A stretch of DNA of 64,000 nucleotides from Planctomycetota bacterium (lineage in GTDB: Bacteria; Planctomycetota; UBA8108; SXIK01), in the NCBI GenBank assembly GCA_965223265.1, contig OZ244999.1:6880001-6944000 (forward strand), given 5' to 3'. Positions 46,744 through 57,188 of the stretch are shown in pieces. Under the pieces are notes generated by a model. The model was not told where the DNA came from, made no database searches, and saw nothing but the letters and a program-made list of their open reading frames with translations. The translations under genes and the position numbers were made by a program. The number at the start of each line of letters is the position of its first letter. The stretch's first letter is position 1.

Positions 46744-47369
46744 GCTTTCTCTCTTGGTGTTTGGTAGAGCTCAAGTGAGCACAAAGATAAACCCTATACG
46801 GCGCAGTCAAACTCATGTGCGCCATGCGGCAGCGCAGCTCAACGTTCACAGCCCGTTGAGAATCCGCTTCTCTTGGCCCTCATCAAATCGTGTTTTCCCG
46901 TGCCACTTTCGTGTCTCACGGGCCAACACCGCGTTCCCTTCAGGCGGGTAGGATACCACAGGCCATCGACTCAAGGTGAACCCCCTACTCAACGGTTCTC
47001 CCTTTCGATCAACTTCGTTTCGTTCAAATATTCAAACCGAGGCAAACAAAAGGCTGCACTCCTTCTCTTCTACCTACTTCGTTTCCTTCGTTCCCGTCTG
47101 TTCCAATTCCCTGCCGTCAGAAAGAGAATCATCCACCGGTCGCCACAACGGAACGCGCCTTTCAGAGAGGCTGTCGACACCATCGGCGCGGGCGCCATAG
47201 GCGGCACGCGCCGCGCTCCCGATGAGAAAGTCAGACTTTCGCTGCCCGAGGCCGCAAGGTGTTGATATGCTGGAGGAGTTCACGGCTTGGAGTTGAGTCA
47301 AGCTTTTCCGGCAGTTACAGCCGTAGCTAACGCTAGAGAGTCGGGTCGTTTGTGAAGGAGGTTCGTTCG

Positions 47370-49859
47370 ATGGGATGTCGGCAACACCATGGGTACGTAT
47401 CGGTCCTGCTGGTTTCGCTGTGCGCGGTGTTCGCGGTGGTTGGCTTCCGCGCCTCCGTCTACGCGCAAGAGGCGGCAGACGTGCGGTTCGATCCGCGCTC
47501 GCACTTCTCAGGCGAGTCGGTCCTCTTCGCCTCGATCCGCGATGTCGACCGCCTCAAGGAGCGGTTAGCGGCGACGCAGATCGGCAGCATCGTGAGCCAT
47601 CCAAGCGTACGCCAAGCGTTTGCAGGCGCCGTCGAGCGGCTGGTCGATCAGCTCAACCGCGAGTCAATCGTGTTCACGCAAGTGACCGGAAAGACACCAC
47701 TCGAGCTCCTCGGACTCCTGCGCGGCGGTGTGACGCTCACAGTCGGCGACCTGACGCCGCAGGGGCTCCCCAGAATTGCCATCGCCATCGAGCGCGGCTC
47801 CTCCGGCGAAGAGATCGACGCTATGCTGCAGCGTCTTCGCGGGTTCTACCAGCAGCAGATGGGAGTCGAGCTGCAGCAGCACGACCTCGGCGGCCTCAGC
47901 GCAACGGTATGGCCAACGCCGGCCGGTCCCATCATCGAGTCCAACGTGGGCACCCACCTCGTGATCACGAATGCTCCCGATGTCTTTCAGGGCATCGCGG
48001 CACGCGTCGCTGGTCAGCGTGACGATGGCTACGATGCCGGTTGGCTCCACCGGCGCCTGGCGCGGCGACTCAAGGTCGCAGATCCGGACGTTGCGTTCGA
48101 GCTCGACGTCGCTTGGCTCGTCGGCGTTTTGAAAGAGAAAACACCACCGGACATGTCGCGTTACGTCGACGCGCTCGGGCTGAGTGACGTCAGCGTCTTG
48201 GGCGCGGTCTGCTCATTCGACCGCGGCCGACCCAACGCCGCGGTCCACCTCGGCGTCGACGGCGGCGAAGCATCCGGTGCGATCGGAGCCGTTCTGCAGA
48301 ACCTGCGGTCTCCCGGGGAAGTCGATGCGGCCCTCGAGTTGATCCCTTCAGCAGCGACAGAAGTTTCGGCGTTTGGCGTCAACGTTGGCGGCCTGGTGGA
48401 GGATCTCTACGCAGCGCTCGAGGCGACGCCAGGCGGCGTGATGACGACGGCGTTCGATGCCTGGCTGCAGCAGGTCTGTGGCGAAGTGGATCGCGACACG
48501 CTCTCCGCGCTCGGTGCGCTCGAGGCGTATTCGTTTCGCATCGATCCGCCGGCGGGAGCGCTCTTTAGCGATGAGATCTGCCTCGCCCGCACGGAAAGTT
48601 TCGAGCCTTTCTGGCAGCTGATGGCGCAGTCGGCAGACGAGGCCGGAGTCCGCGAACAAGAATGGGAGGGCGCGACGCTCCAAACCATCGTGGGCGAGCC
48701 TGCTGTCGAATTCGGCGACATCATCGATCAACTGCGCGAGCAACCACCCGCCGCAATCGGGATGCTCGCCGCTTCAACAACGCCTGTCTACGCAAGGATC
48801 GATCTCGACAATGGCTGGAGCGCGGTCTCGACGCCGCAGGCGCTCATGCGCTACGTCACTTCCTATGGCAAGCAAGACCCGTTTAGCAGCGCCGAAAAGA
48901 AGTCAACTCTCGCCCGCCGCGTGACCGAGGGCTCAGTGGCGGGCGTCGTCGGCATGGAGGGCAACGGCGCTCCGGCGTTCTACAACGGACTGGTGCAAAC
49001 GCTCACTCCGCTCGCGGGACACCTCGCAGGCTTCGGCGTTGATGTTCCACTGCTGCCGCCGGGAGAAATCTTTGAACGGCCGGCAAGGCCTGGTTTTCTC
49101 ACCCTCCGAAAGACAAAGGACGGCCTAACTCTGCGCAGCGTCGGCGTGACCATTCGAAGCAACGAGACGGTGATCGCCAGCGCTCTCATCGGCGTGATCG
49201 CAGGAATCCTCATGCCGGCACTGAGCGGTGGCCGAGAGGAAGCCTACATCGTCTCTTGCTCGTCTAATCTCAAGAACCTCTACGTCTTTTCGATGTTGTA
49301 CGCAGACGATCACCCTTCCGGCGCTTTCCCTCACTCTACGAGTGATTCGATCGGTAGCTTTCAAGCTCTGGTGGACGACTACCCGGAGGACCTTCTTCCC
49401 CAAGTTTTCCACTGCCCGGCGAGCGACACGGTAGAGGTTGAAGTCGACATCGACGGCCGCTTCACACTCGATGAACACAGCTGCAGCTACGCTGCCGCCC
49501 CGTGGCGCCTCAAGGCGACGACCAGGAACGCAATCCTCTATTTCGATCGCAAGCCGCACCATCAAGGCAAACGCAACGTTGTTATGACAGATGGCTCGGT
49601 CCAAACGGTCTCCGAAGACGAATTCCAGGAGATGTACGCCCGAGACGAAGCGCGTTTCGGTGGCGACGACAGCAGCGACGCTGACGACGAGAGTGACGAC
49701 GACGAAGACCTCGGCGCATTTGACGATGGTGATGACCTGGACGACGAAGACCTGGACCTCGACGAGCTCGACGACGAGGAAGACGACGACCTGGGAGACC
49801 TCGACGACGAAGAGGAAGATTTTGACGAGGACGACGACGAAGAGCTCGAAGAGCGATAG
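47370..49859 (+). CDS. Large exported protein with internal pilin-like (DUF1559-type) helix, H-X9-DG motif and acidic tail
   Basis: RBS AAGGAGG; signal peptide; ~600-aa N-domain; IAGILMPALSGGREEA...CSSNLKNL; FHCPA; HQGKRNVVMTDGSV; ~60-aa Asp/Glu tail. Confidence 0.75.
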   Translation: MGCRQHHGYVSVLLVSLCAVFAVVGFRASVYAQEAADVRFDPRSHFSGESVLFASIRDVDRLKERLAATQIGSIVSHPSVRQAFAGAVERLVDQLNRESIVFTQVTGKTPLELLGLLRGGVTLTVGDLTPQGLPRIAIAIERGSSGEEIDAMLQRLRGFYQQQMGVELQQHDLGGLSATVWPTPAGPIIESNVGTHLVITNAPDVFQGIAARVAGQRDDGYDAGWLHRRLARRLKVADPDVAFELDVAWLVGVLKEKTPPDMSRYVDALGLSDVSVLGAVCSFDRGRPNAAVHLGVDGGEASGAIGAVLQNLRSPGEVDAALELIPSAATEVSAFGVNVGGLVEDLYAALEATPGGVMTTAFDAWLQQVCGEVDRDTLSALGALEAYSFRIDPPAGALFSDEICLARTESFEPFWQLMAQSADEAGVREQEWEGATLQTIVGEPAVEFGDIIDQLREQPPAAIGMLAASTTPVYARIDLDNGWSAVSTPQALMRYVTSYGKQDPFSSAEKKSTLARRVTEGSVAGVVGMEGNGAPAFYNGLVQTLTPLAGHLAGFGVDVPLLPPGEIFERPARPGFLTLRKTKDGLTLRSVGVTIRSNETVIASALIGVIAGILMPALSGGREEAYIVSCSSNLKNLYVFSMLYADDHPSGAFPHSTSDSIGSFQALVDDYPEDLLPQVFHCPASDTVEVEVDIDGRFTLDEHSCSYAAAPWRLKATTRNAILYFDRKPHHQGKRNVVMTDGSVQTVSEDEFQEMYARDEARFGGDDSSDADDESDDDEDLGAFDDGDDLDDEDLDLDELDDEEDDDLGDLDDEEEDFDEDDDEELEER

Positions 49860-50227
49860 GTTCGGTCCAGCGACGAAGGAAGCGACGTTGATCGATTGCC
49901 CAGCGCGATGATCGATACGACGATGGTCGCCGTCCGGGCGCGATAGATCCTCCAAACGCGGGCCTCGTGAGACCAAATCGGGCAAGATTGTCCGCGCAAC
50001 CGCGACAAGTGGCCACGTCATCTCCAGCAACTCGCTCACGGCCCAGTTGCCCACAGACGTTTCAATCGTCCCGCGCTTGAACGCGACCCCTCGTCACGCT
50101 ATCGTGCCGCACGGACGGCGCTGCGATCGTGCTCTGCAACCACGCGGGACTGGAAACGCACGATGCCGCACCACCAACTGCAGCGGCCCGCGACGAGCCG
50201 GTTCGCGAGCGGGTCAGAGGCGCCAGC

Positions 50228-50947
50228 ATGAAGGAAGTAGAGACACAAACGGTCTTCTCGACCCGTGGACTCACCAAGGTCTACGACATGGGCGAGGTGC
50301 AGGTGCACGCTCTGCGCGGCGTCGACCTCGATCTGTTCGCGGGCGAGCTGGTCGTTCTGCTCGGGCCCTCCGGAAGCGGCAAGTCGACGCTGCTCAACAT
50401 CCTTGGCGGCCTCGACACGGCGACGGCCGGGGAGGTCTTCTACCGCGACCAAGAGCTGACCCGGGCGCGCGAGCGCGAGCTCACGGACTACCGCCGCTAC
50501 CACGTCGGCTTCGTCTTTCAGTTCTACAACTTGATTCCTAGCCTGACGGCGCGCGAGAACGTCGCGGTCGTCACCGAAATCGCCTCCGACCCGATGCTCC
50601 CCGAGGAGGCGCTGGACATCGTCGACCTGAGCGATCGCCTCGACCACTTTCCGTCGCAGCTCTCAGGCGGCCAACAGCAGCGCGTCGCGATCGCCCGCGC
50701 CGTCGCCAAAAACCCCGCCGTCCTGCTGTGCGACGAACCGACCGGCGCTCTCGACTCCGCCACCGGCATCGTCGTCCTCGAGGCGCTCGTCCAGGCGAAC
50801 CGCCGCCTCGGCACGACGACCGTGATCATCACACACAACGCCGACATCGCCTCGATCGCTGACCGCGTCCTCAAGATGCGTGACGGCCGCATCGCAGAGG
50901 TGAGTCGGAACGCCGACAAAAAGAGCCCACAGGACCTCCACTGGTGA
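50228..50947 (+). CDS. ABC transporter ATP-binding protein (MacB/LolD-like)
   Basis: [32 protein letters not shown] and [10 protein letters not shown] motifs. Confidence 0.95.
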   Translation: MKEVETQTVFSTRGLTKVYDMGEVQVHALRGVDLDLFAGELVVLLGPSGSGKSTLLNILGGLDTATAGEVFYRDQELTRARERELTDYRRYHVGFVFQFYNLIPSLTARENVAVVTEIASDPMLPEEALDIVDLSDRLDHFPSQLSGGQQQRVAIARAVAKNPAVLLCDEPTGALDSATGIVVLEALVQANRRLGTTTVIITHNADIASIADRVLKMRDGRIAEVSRNADKKSPQDLHW

Positions 50948-50978
50948 TCCACGAGCGCGCCGGGAGGGCGTCGTAGCG

Positions 50979-53351
50979 ATGAGACGACTCCGAGCCATCC
51001 AGCGCAAGCTCCTCCGCGACCTCTGGCTCATGCGCGGGCAAGCGGTCGCCATCGTCTGCGTGATCGTCAGCGGCGTCGCCACGCTGATCATGTGCGTGAG
51101 CACACACCACGCTCTTGAGCTGACGCGAGCGACGTTTTACCGCGACGCCAACTTCGCGGACGTCTTCGCGAGTCTCAAGCGCGCACCACTGCGGCTGTCG
51201 AAACGCTTTCTCGAGATTCCCGGCGTGCAAACCGTCGACGCACGAGTGGTTGCGAGCGTCCGCATCGAGGTCGACGGCTTCCCCGATCCCGTCACGGGGA
51301 TTATCACATCGGTGCCGGAAGGCGAGCAGCCGCGCCTCAACAGGCTCCACCTCAAAGCAGGGCGCCTCGTCGCTCACGGGCGCGAGAATGAAGTGGTGAT
51401 CAGCGAAGCGTTCGCCGAAGCCCACAGCTTCGAACCAGGAGACACGCTGCACGCAACGATCAACGGTCGGCGTCGGACGCTGGTCGTCGTCGGCGTTGCG
51501 TTGTCGCCAGAACACATCTACCAGATCCGACCCGGTGCGGTGCTCCCCGACTTCGAACGCTACGCTGTGGTCTGGATGGGCGCAAAAGCTCTGAGCAGCG
51601 CGTACGACATGGAAGGGGCGTTCAACAACATTGCGCTCACACTCTCGAGCGCCGGCCGGCTTGAAGCGGTGATCGACCGCGTCGACGACATCCTCGAGCG
51701 TTATGGAGGACTTGGTGCCTACGGCCGCAAGGACCAACTCTCGCACCGCTATTTACAACAAGAGTTCGAACAGCTCGAAGCGATGGCGCGCATCTTCCCG
51801 ACAATCTTTCTCTCCGTCGCTGCCTTCTTACTTCACGTCGTCTTCGCACGGCACATCAGTACACAACGGGAGCAGATCGCAGCGCTCAAGGCGTTCGGCT
51901 ACAGCAATTTCGCCGTCGGAATCCACTACTTGAAGTCGGTACTCCTTATCACCAGCCTCGGAGCCATTGGCGGCATCGCGGTCGGCGTTTGGATGGGCCG
52001 AGGCATGAGCAATGTCTACCTCGACTTCTACCGACTGCCATTCCTCCGCTTCGAACTGCGACCATCTGATGCGCTCGCCGGCTTTCTCGTCAGTGCGGTC
52101 GCCGCAACGATCGGCGCTCTGCAAAGCGTGCGGCGTGCCGCGAGCCTGCCGCCGGCCGAAGCGATGCGCCCGCAGCCCCCTGCGAAATACCGCGTCGCGT
52201 TCGCCGAGCGCTTCGGATTCGGGCGTTTGCTGTCGCAACCCTCGAAGATGATTCTGAGGAACATTGAGCGTCACGCTTTCAAGTCGGTGCTCTCTGTGCT
52301 CGGTCTGGCGCTTGCCTCCGCCATCATCATGGTCGGCTCCTTTCAGAAGGACGCCGTCGATTTCATGATCCACGTGCAGTTTCGCCTGACGCAGCACGAA
52401 GATGTCGCTGTCGCCTTCGTCGAGCCCAGCTCGAGGCGCTCCGTCCACGAGCTCAAGAGCCTGCCCGGCGTCGAACACGTCGAAGGTTTCCGCAGCGTGC
52501 CGGCGCGACTACGCTACGAGCACCGGAGCTACCGCACGAGCATTCAAGGACTCGAGCCGCAAAGCGATTTCTACCGGCTACTTAACGCCGATCTGGAACC
52601 CTTCGACGTTCCAGAAGACGGCGTTGTCTTGACTGATCACCTTGGCAAAATGCTCGGCATCCGCCCGGGCGATCGCCTCACGGTCGAAGTCCTCGAAGGC
52701 CGGCGCCCGACGCTCGAGGTCGAAGTCGCGGCTCTCGTCAAGCAGTTCATGGGCGTAGCAGCCTACATGAGACTCGATCGTCTGCAGCGCCAGCTACGCG
52801 AGGGCGAATCCCTCTCCGGAGCCTACCTCGGCATCGATTCCAAGTTCGAGGATGAAGTCTACACCCGCCTGAAGGAACGCCCACGAGTTGCGAGCACTGA
52901 AGTGAAAGAAAGCTCGATCAACAGCTTCTACGAGACGATGGGAGAAACTCTCCTCTTTTTCACCTTCATCAATACACTTCTGGCGGCATCGATCTCGTTC
53001 GGCGTCGTCTACAACACGGCGCGCGTGGCGCTGTCGGAGCGCAGCCGCGAACTAGCGAGTCTGCGCGTTCTCGGCTTTACACGCGCGGAGGTTTCCTACA
53101 TCCTACTGGGCGAACTCGCGCTTCTGACATTGATCGCCCTGCCGGTCGGTGCCGTTGTCGGCAGACTTCTGTGCGCCGTCATGGCCAGCTCGCTGCAGAC
53201 CGATCTTTTCCGTGTTCCGCTCGTACTGACGCCGCAGACCTACGCCTTCGCAGCCACAGTCCTTCTCATAGCGGCGATTCTTTCGGCTCTGATCGTGCAG
53301 CGACGCCTGCAGAAGATCGACATCCTTTCGGCTCTGAAAGTCTCGGAGTAG
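50979..53351 (+). CDS. FtsX/MacB-like ABC permease with two permease repeats
   Basis: KLLRDL N-terminus; QREQIAALKAFGYS and ERSRELASLRVLGFT; LPPAEAMRP. Confidence 0.92.
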   Translation: MRRLRAIQRKLLRDLWLMRGQAVAIVCVIVSGVATLIMCVSTHHALELTRATFYRDANFADVFASLKRAPLRLSKRFLEIPGVQTVDARVVASVRIEVDGFPDPVTGIITSVPEGEQPRLNRLHLKAGRLVAHGRENEVVISEAFAEAHSFEPGDTLHATINGRRRTLVVVGVALSPEHIYQIRPGAVLPDFERYAVVWMGAKALSSAYDMEGAFNNIALTLSSAGRLEAVIDRVDDILERYGGLGAYGRKDQLSHRYLQQEFEQLEAMARIFPTIFLSVAAFLLHVVFARHISTQREQIAALKAFGYSNFAVGIHYLKSVLLITSLGAIGGIAVGVWMGRGMSNVYLDFYRLPFLRFELRPSDALAGFLVSAVAATIGALQSVRRAASLPPAEAMRPQPPAKYRVAFAERFGFGRLLSQPSKMILRNIERHAFKSVLSVLGLALASAIIMVGSFQKDAVDFMIHVQFRLTQHEDVAVAFVEPSSRRSVHELKSLPGVEHVEGFRSVPARLRYEHRSYRTSIQGLEPQSDFYRLLNADLEPFDVPEDGVVLTDHLGKMLGIRPGDRLTVEVLEGRRPTLEVEVAALVKQFMGVAAYMRLDRLQRQLREGESLSGAYLGIDSKFEDEVYTRLKERPRVASTEVKESSINSFYETMGETLLFFTFINTLLAASISFGVVYNTARVALSERSRELASLRVLGFTRAEVSYILLGELALLTLIALPVGAVVGRLLCAVMASSLQTDLFRVPLVLTPQTYAFAATVLLIAAILSALIVQRRLQKIDILSALKVSE

Positions 53352-53355
53352 CCTC

Positions 53356-54555
53356 ATGAACTGGCAACGATGGCTCGTCGTGCTCAGCGTCACAGTCGTC
53401 ATCGCAGCGCTCCTCGTTCTCGGGTTCATGCCGCAGCCGGTGCAGGTCGAGACGGTCACCGTCATACGCGGTAGCTTGGAGGTGACCGTCGAGGAGGAAG
53501 GGAAGACACGCGTTCGAGATCGCTTTGTCGTTTCATCGCCGGTCCTCGGTTTTTCGCGCCGGATTGGTCTCAAAGTTGGCGACCCGGTCGTCCGCGGACA
53601 GACGCTTGCAGAGATCGAGCCGCTGCGCGCCGACATCCTCGACGCCCGGCGGCGAGCGGCAGCTGAAGCACGGGTGGCTGGTGCTGCGGCCGGCGTCCGC
53701 CACTCCGAGGAACAGCTGCGGGTAGCCGAAGCAGACGCCGCGCTCGCCGAGAAGGAATTCGCTCGCCTCAAGTCGGCACATGCATCGGGCACGGTGTCGA
53801 TCGAACTTCTAGAACGCGCAGAAGCGACGAAGCGCAGCGCCGCAGCGCGCCAGCGCTCGGCTCGATTCTCGATCGAAGTGGCCCAGTTCGAACTCGAAGC
53901 AGCGCGAACGGAGCTTCGCTACTCCACAGACGACGAGACCGTCGAGTCACTCCCCCCCGTTGCCGTGCGCTCCCCCGTCGAAGGTCGCGTTCTGAAGGTC
54001 TGGCGCGAAAGCGAAGGCGTCGTGAATCGCGGCTCGGCGCTGGTCGAAGTCGGTGACCCTCGCGCGCTCGAGGTCGAGGTGGACGTGCTCTCGGCTGACG
54101 CGGTGCAGATCAGCGCCGGAACACCTGTGGTGCTCGAGAGATGGGGAGGAACACCTCTCGACGCACGCGTGCGCCACGTAGAGCCTGTCGGTTTTACGAA
54201 AATCTCCGCTCTCGGCGTGGAAGAACAGCGTGTACTTGCGATCGTCGACTTCGCATCGCCAATGGACGAATGGGAACGCATCGGCGATGGCTATCGTGTT
54301 GAAGCAAAGTTCATCCTCTGGCGCGGCGATGACGTCCTTCAAGTGCCGACGAGCACGCTCTTTCGTCGCGGCGATGCGTGGGCGGTCTTTGTCGTTCATG
54401 ACGGTGCAGCGCGATTCCGGCCCATCGAAATTGGCCACCGAAGCGGCCTGCGCGCCGAAGTGAACGGTGGATTGAGCGCCGGCGAGATCGTTGTCACGCA
54501 CCCAAACGATACGATCGAAGATGGAACCAAAGTCGCATCAAACGAGAAAGACTGA
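53356..54555 (+). CDS. Efflux membrane-fusion (periplasmic adaptor) protein
   Basis: N-terminal TM, VEEEGKTRVRDRFVVSSP, coiled-coil hairpin, FTKISALGVEEQRV. Confidence 0.9.
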   Translation: MNWQRWLVVLSVTVVIAALLVLGFMPQPVQVETVTVIRGSLEVTVEEEGKTRVRDRFVVSSPVLGFSRRIGLKVGDPVVRGQTLAEIEPLRADILDARRRAAAEARVAGAAAGVRHSEEQLRVAEADAALAEKEFARLKSAHASGTVSIELLERAEATKRSAAARQRSARFSIEVAQFELEAARTELRYSTDDETVESLPPVAVRSPVEGRVLKVWRESEGVVNRGSALVEVGDPRALEVEVDVLSADAVQISAGTPVVLERWGGTPLDARVRHVEPVGFTKISALGVEEQRVLAIVDFASPMDEWERIGDGYRVEAKFILWRGDDVLQVPTSTLFRRGDAWAVFVVHDGAARFRPIEIGHRSGLRAEVNGGLSAGEIVVTHPNDTIEDGTKVASNEKD

Positions 54556-54556
54556 C

Positions 54557-55990
54557 ATGAAGAGTTATCGAAATTGGATCATCGCCGTAGCAACAGGTCT
54601 TCTGACATCTCTCGAGACATTCGCCGATGCTAACGACGAGACGCGGCCAAACGTGGTCATCATTTTTACCGACGATCAAGGCTATGCAGACCTTGGCGTC
54701 TTCGGCGCCAAAGGATTCGAAACACCACACATCGATCGACTCGCCAGCGAGGGGATCAGGCTGACGAACTTTCACGTCGCCCAGCCCGTGTGTTCCGCCT
54801 CGCGAACGGCACTCCTGACTGGCTGCTATCCCAATCGCCTCGGAATACATGGCGCCCTCGGCCCGAGAAACACGCACGGCATTCACGCAGAAGAGACGAC
54901 ACTCGCCGAGGTGGCGAAGGGGAAAGGGTATGCGACCGCGATCTTTGGCAAATGGCACCTCGGTCACCACAAGCAGTTCCTACCGCAGCAACACGGCTTT
55001 GACGAGTACTTCGGAATCCCCTACTCCAACGACATGTGGCCGAAGCATCCGACGGCTGGCGATCGTTTTCCCCCGCTGCCGCTCATCGAAGGTGACACGA
55101 CGATCGAGCTGAACCCCGATCAAAGTCAGCTCACTACCCAGATCACGGAGCGCGCCGTCGCGTTCATCGATCGCAACAAAGATCGCCCGTTCTTTCTCTA
55201 CGTGCCGCACCCGATGCCTCACGTGCCACTGTTCGTCTCGGAGAAGTTCAAGGGCAAGTCAGAGCACGGCATCTACGGTGACGTGATCATGGAGATCGAT
55301 TGGTCGGTCGGCGAAATCGTCGCAGCACTGAAGCGTAATGGACTCGATCGCAAGACGCTTGTCATCTTCACGTCCGACAACGGGCCGTGGCTCTCCTACG
55401 GAACTCACGGCGGCAGCGCTCTGCCGCTGCGCGAGGGCAAGGGCACGACGTTCGAAGGTGGTGTCCGTGTACCGTTTGTCGCTTGGTGGCCCGGTCGGAT
55501 CCCCGCCGGCTCGGTCCGCGACGAGCCGATGATGACGATCGACATCCTACCGACGATCACACGTCTGATCGGCGGCCAACTGCCGAAGCGCCCGATCGAC
55601 GGCAAAGACGCGTGGCAGCTCCTCTCCGGCGCCTCCGGCGCCAGAAGCCCACAGGAGGTGTACTACATCTATTATCGCACCAACGAGCTGCAGGCGATCC
55701 TGAGCGGACGGTGGAAGCTCCATCTGCCGCATCGCTACCGCACGCTTGCAGGTCGCGAAGGGCGCAGCGACGGTTTGCCCGTGGAGTACAGCCACAAGAA
55801 CACCGCGGTCGAACTCTACGATCTAAAGTCGGACATTTCGGAAACCCGCGACCTCGCGGCAGAGCGACCCGATATCGTGGCCAAGCTCATGAAGCACGTC
55901 GAGGCGGCGCGGCAGGACCTCGGAGATGCCCTGACTGAGCGGCCTGGGGCAAACCAGCGCGAGCCTGGACGAATTCCGAAGGCCAACTGA
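54557..55990 (+). CDS. Formylglycine-dependent sulfatase (S1 family), exported
   Basis: RPNVVIIFTDDQGY, CSASRTALLTG, GYATAIFGKWHLG and FTSDNGP motifs. Confidence 0.95.
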   Translation: MKSYRNWIIAVATGLLTSLETFADANDETRPNVVIIFTDDQGYADLGVFGAKGFETPHIDRLASEGIRLTNFHVAQPVCSASRTALLTGCYPNRLGIHGALGPRNTHGIHAEETTLAEVAKGKGYATAIFGKWHLGHHKQFLPQQHGFDEYFGIPYSNDMWPKHPTAGDRFPPLPLIEGDTTIELNPDQSQLTTQITERAVAFIDRNKDRPFFLYVPHPMPHVPLFVSEKFKGKSEHGIYGDVIMEIDWSVGEIVAALKRNGLDRKTLVIFTSDNGPWLSYGTHGGSALPLREGKGTTFEGGVRVPFVAWWPGRIPAGSVRDEPMMTIDILPTITRLIGGQLPKRPIDGKDAWQLLSGASGARSPQEVYYIYYRTNELQAILSGRWKLHLPHRYRTLAGREGRSDGLPVEYSHKNTAVELYDLKSDISETRDLAAERPDIVAKLMKHVEAARQDLGDALTERPGANQREPGRIPKAN

Positions 55991-56084
55991 CGGTCGTGCG
56001 AGTTTGCACGAGTCAGAGAAGATCCCGTGTCCGACGTCGGAAGTTCGCTCGTCGGATTCCCTGAGACACTGTTGAAGGACAACC

Positions 56085-57188
56085 ATGCGACACTGTTTGC
56101 AGACATCGGCGACGACTCACCTCGTCCGCATTCTTTCCATCTTCATCGCCCAGCTCGGTATCTTCAGTCGCGGCGGTGAAGCTGCAGACCTTTCCAACCA
56201 ACCAGGCATCATGAAACGCGAGTTCATCTTCACAGAGGCGCCGTTCGCACAGTGTCACGCATCGACCATCGAGGAAGGCGAAACCGGACTCGTGGCGTCA
56301 TGGTTCGCCGGCACCAGGGAAGGGAACCCTGACGTGGGTATTTGGGTCTCGCGTCACGTCGATGGCGCTTGGACGCCGCCGCTCGAGGTAGCCGATGGGG
56401 TCCAGACGCCGAGCGAGCGCCACCCGTGCTGGAATCCGGTGCTGTTTCAACCGAAGCGCGGTCCACTTCTCCTCTTCTATAAGTGTGGACCGAGCCCGAA
56501 GACGTGGTGGGGAATGCTCATGCGCTCCACCGATGGAGGCAAATCGTGGGACAAGCCGCAGCGCCTCCCGGAAGGCATCGCGGGCCCCATCAAGAACAAG
56601 CCCATCGAGCGGGCCGACGGCACTCTTGTTTGCCCCTCCAGCACGGAAGACGAAGGTTGGCGCGTCCATTTCGAGATCACCAAGGATCTGGGCAAGACAT
56701 GGTCGCGCGTCGGACCGGTGAACGACGGCAAAACGTTCGGCGCCATTCAACCGAGCCTTCTGACGCACACTGATGGGCGCATGCAAGCGCTCTGCCGCAG
56801 CCGTCAGCGCGCCGTCACGGAAGTGTGGTCAAGCGACGGCGGCCACACATGGTCGTCGATGAAGGCGTCGGCGCTGCCGAATCCCAACTCTGGGATCGAC
56901 GCGGTCACTCTCGAGGACAACCGACAGCTCCTCGTCTACAACCATACCCGGCTCGGTCGTAGTCCGATCAACGTGGCAGTCTCCAAGCGAGACGGCGTCC
57001 TGTGGGAGGCCGCGCTTGTGCTCGAGGACGAACCCGGTGAGTACTCATACCCCGCGGTCATCCAAACGCGAGACGGATTGGTGCACGCGACCTACACGTG
57101 GAAACGGCGCCGCATGCGCCATGTCGTTATCGATCCGAGGCAGTTGCAATTGCGACCGATGCGCGACGGCGAGTGGCCGAGCGACTAA
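56085..57188 (+). CDS. BNR/Asp-box sialidase-family protein
   Basis: CHASTIEE, WNPVLF; Asp-boxes STDGGKSW, TKDLGKTW and SSDGGHTW; YSYPAVIQ. Confidence 0.88.
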   Translation: MRHCLQTSATTHLVRILSIFIAQLGIFSRGGEAADLSNQPGIMKREFIFTEAPFAQCHASTIEEGETGLVASWFAGTREGNPDVGIWVSRHVDGAWTPPLEVADGVQTPSERHPCWNPVLFQPKRGPLLLFYKCGPSPKTWWGMLMRSTDGGKSWDKPQRLPEGIAGPIKNKPIERADGTLVCPSSTEDEGWRVHFEITKDLGKTWSRVGPVNDGKTFGAIQPSLLTHTDGRMQALCRSRQRAVTEVWSSDGGHTWSSMKASALPNPNSGIDAVTLEDNRQLLVYNHTRLGRSPINVAVSKRDGVLWEAALVLEDEPGEYSYPAVIQTRDGLVHATYTWKRRRMRHVVIDPRQLQLRPMRDGEWPSD

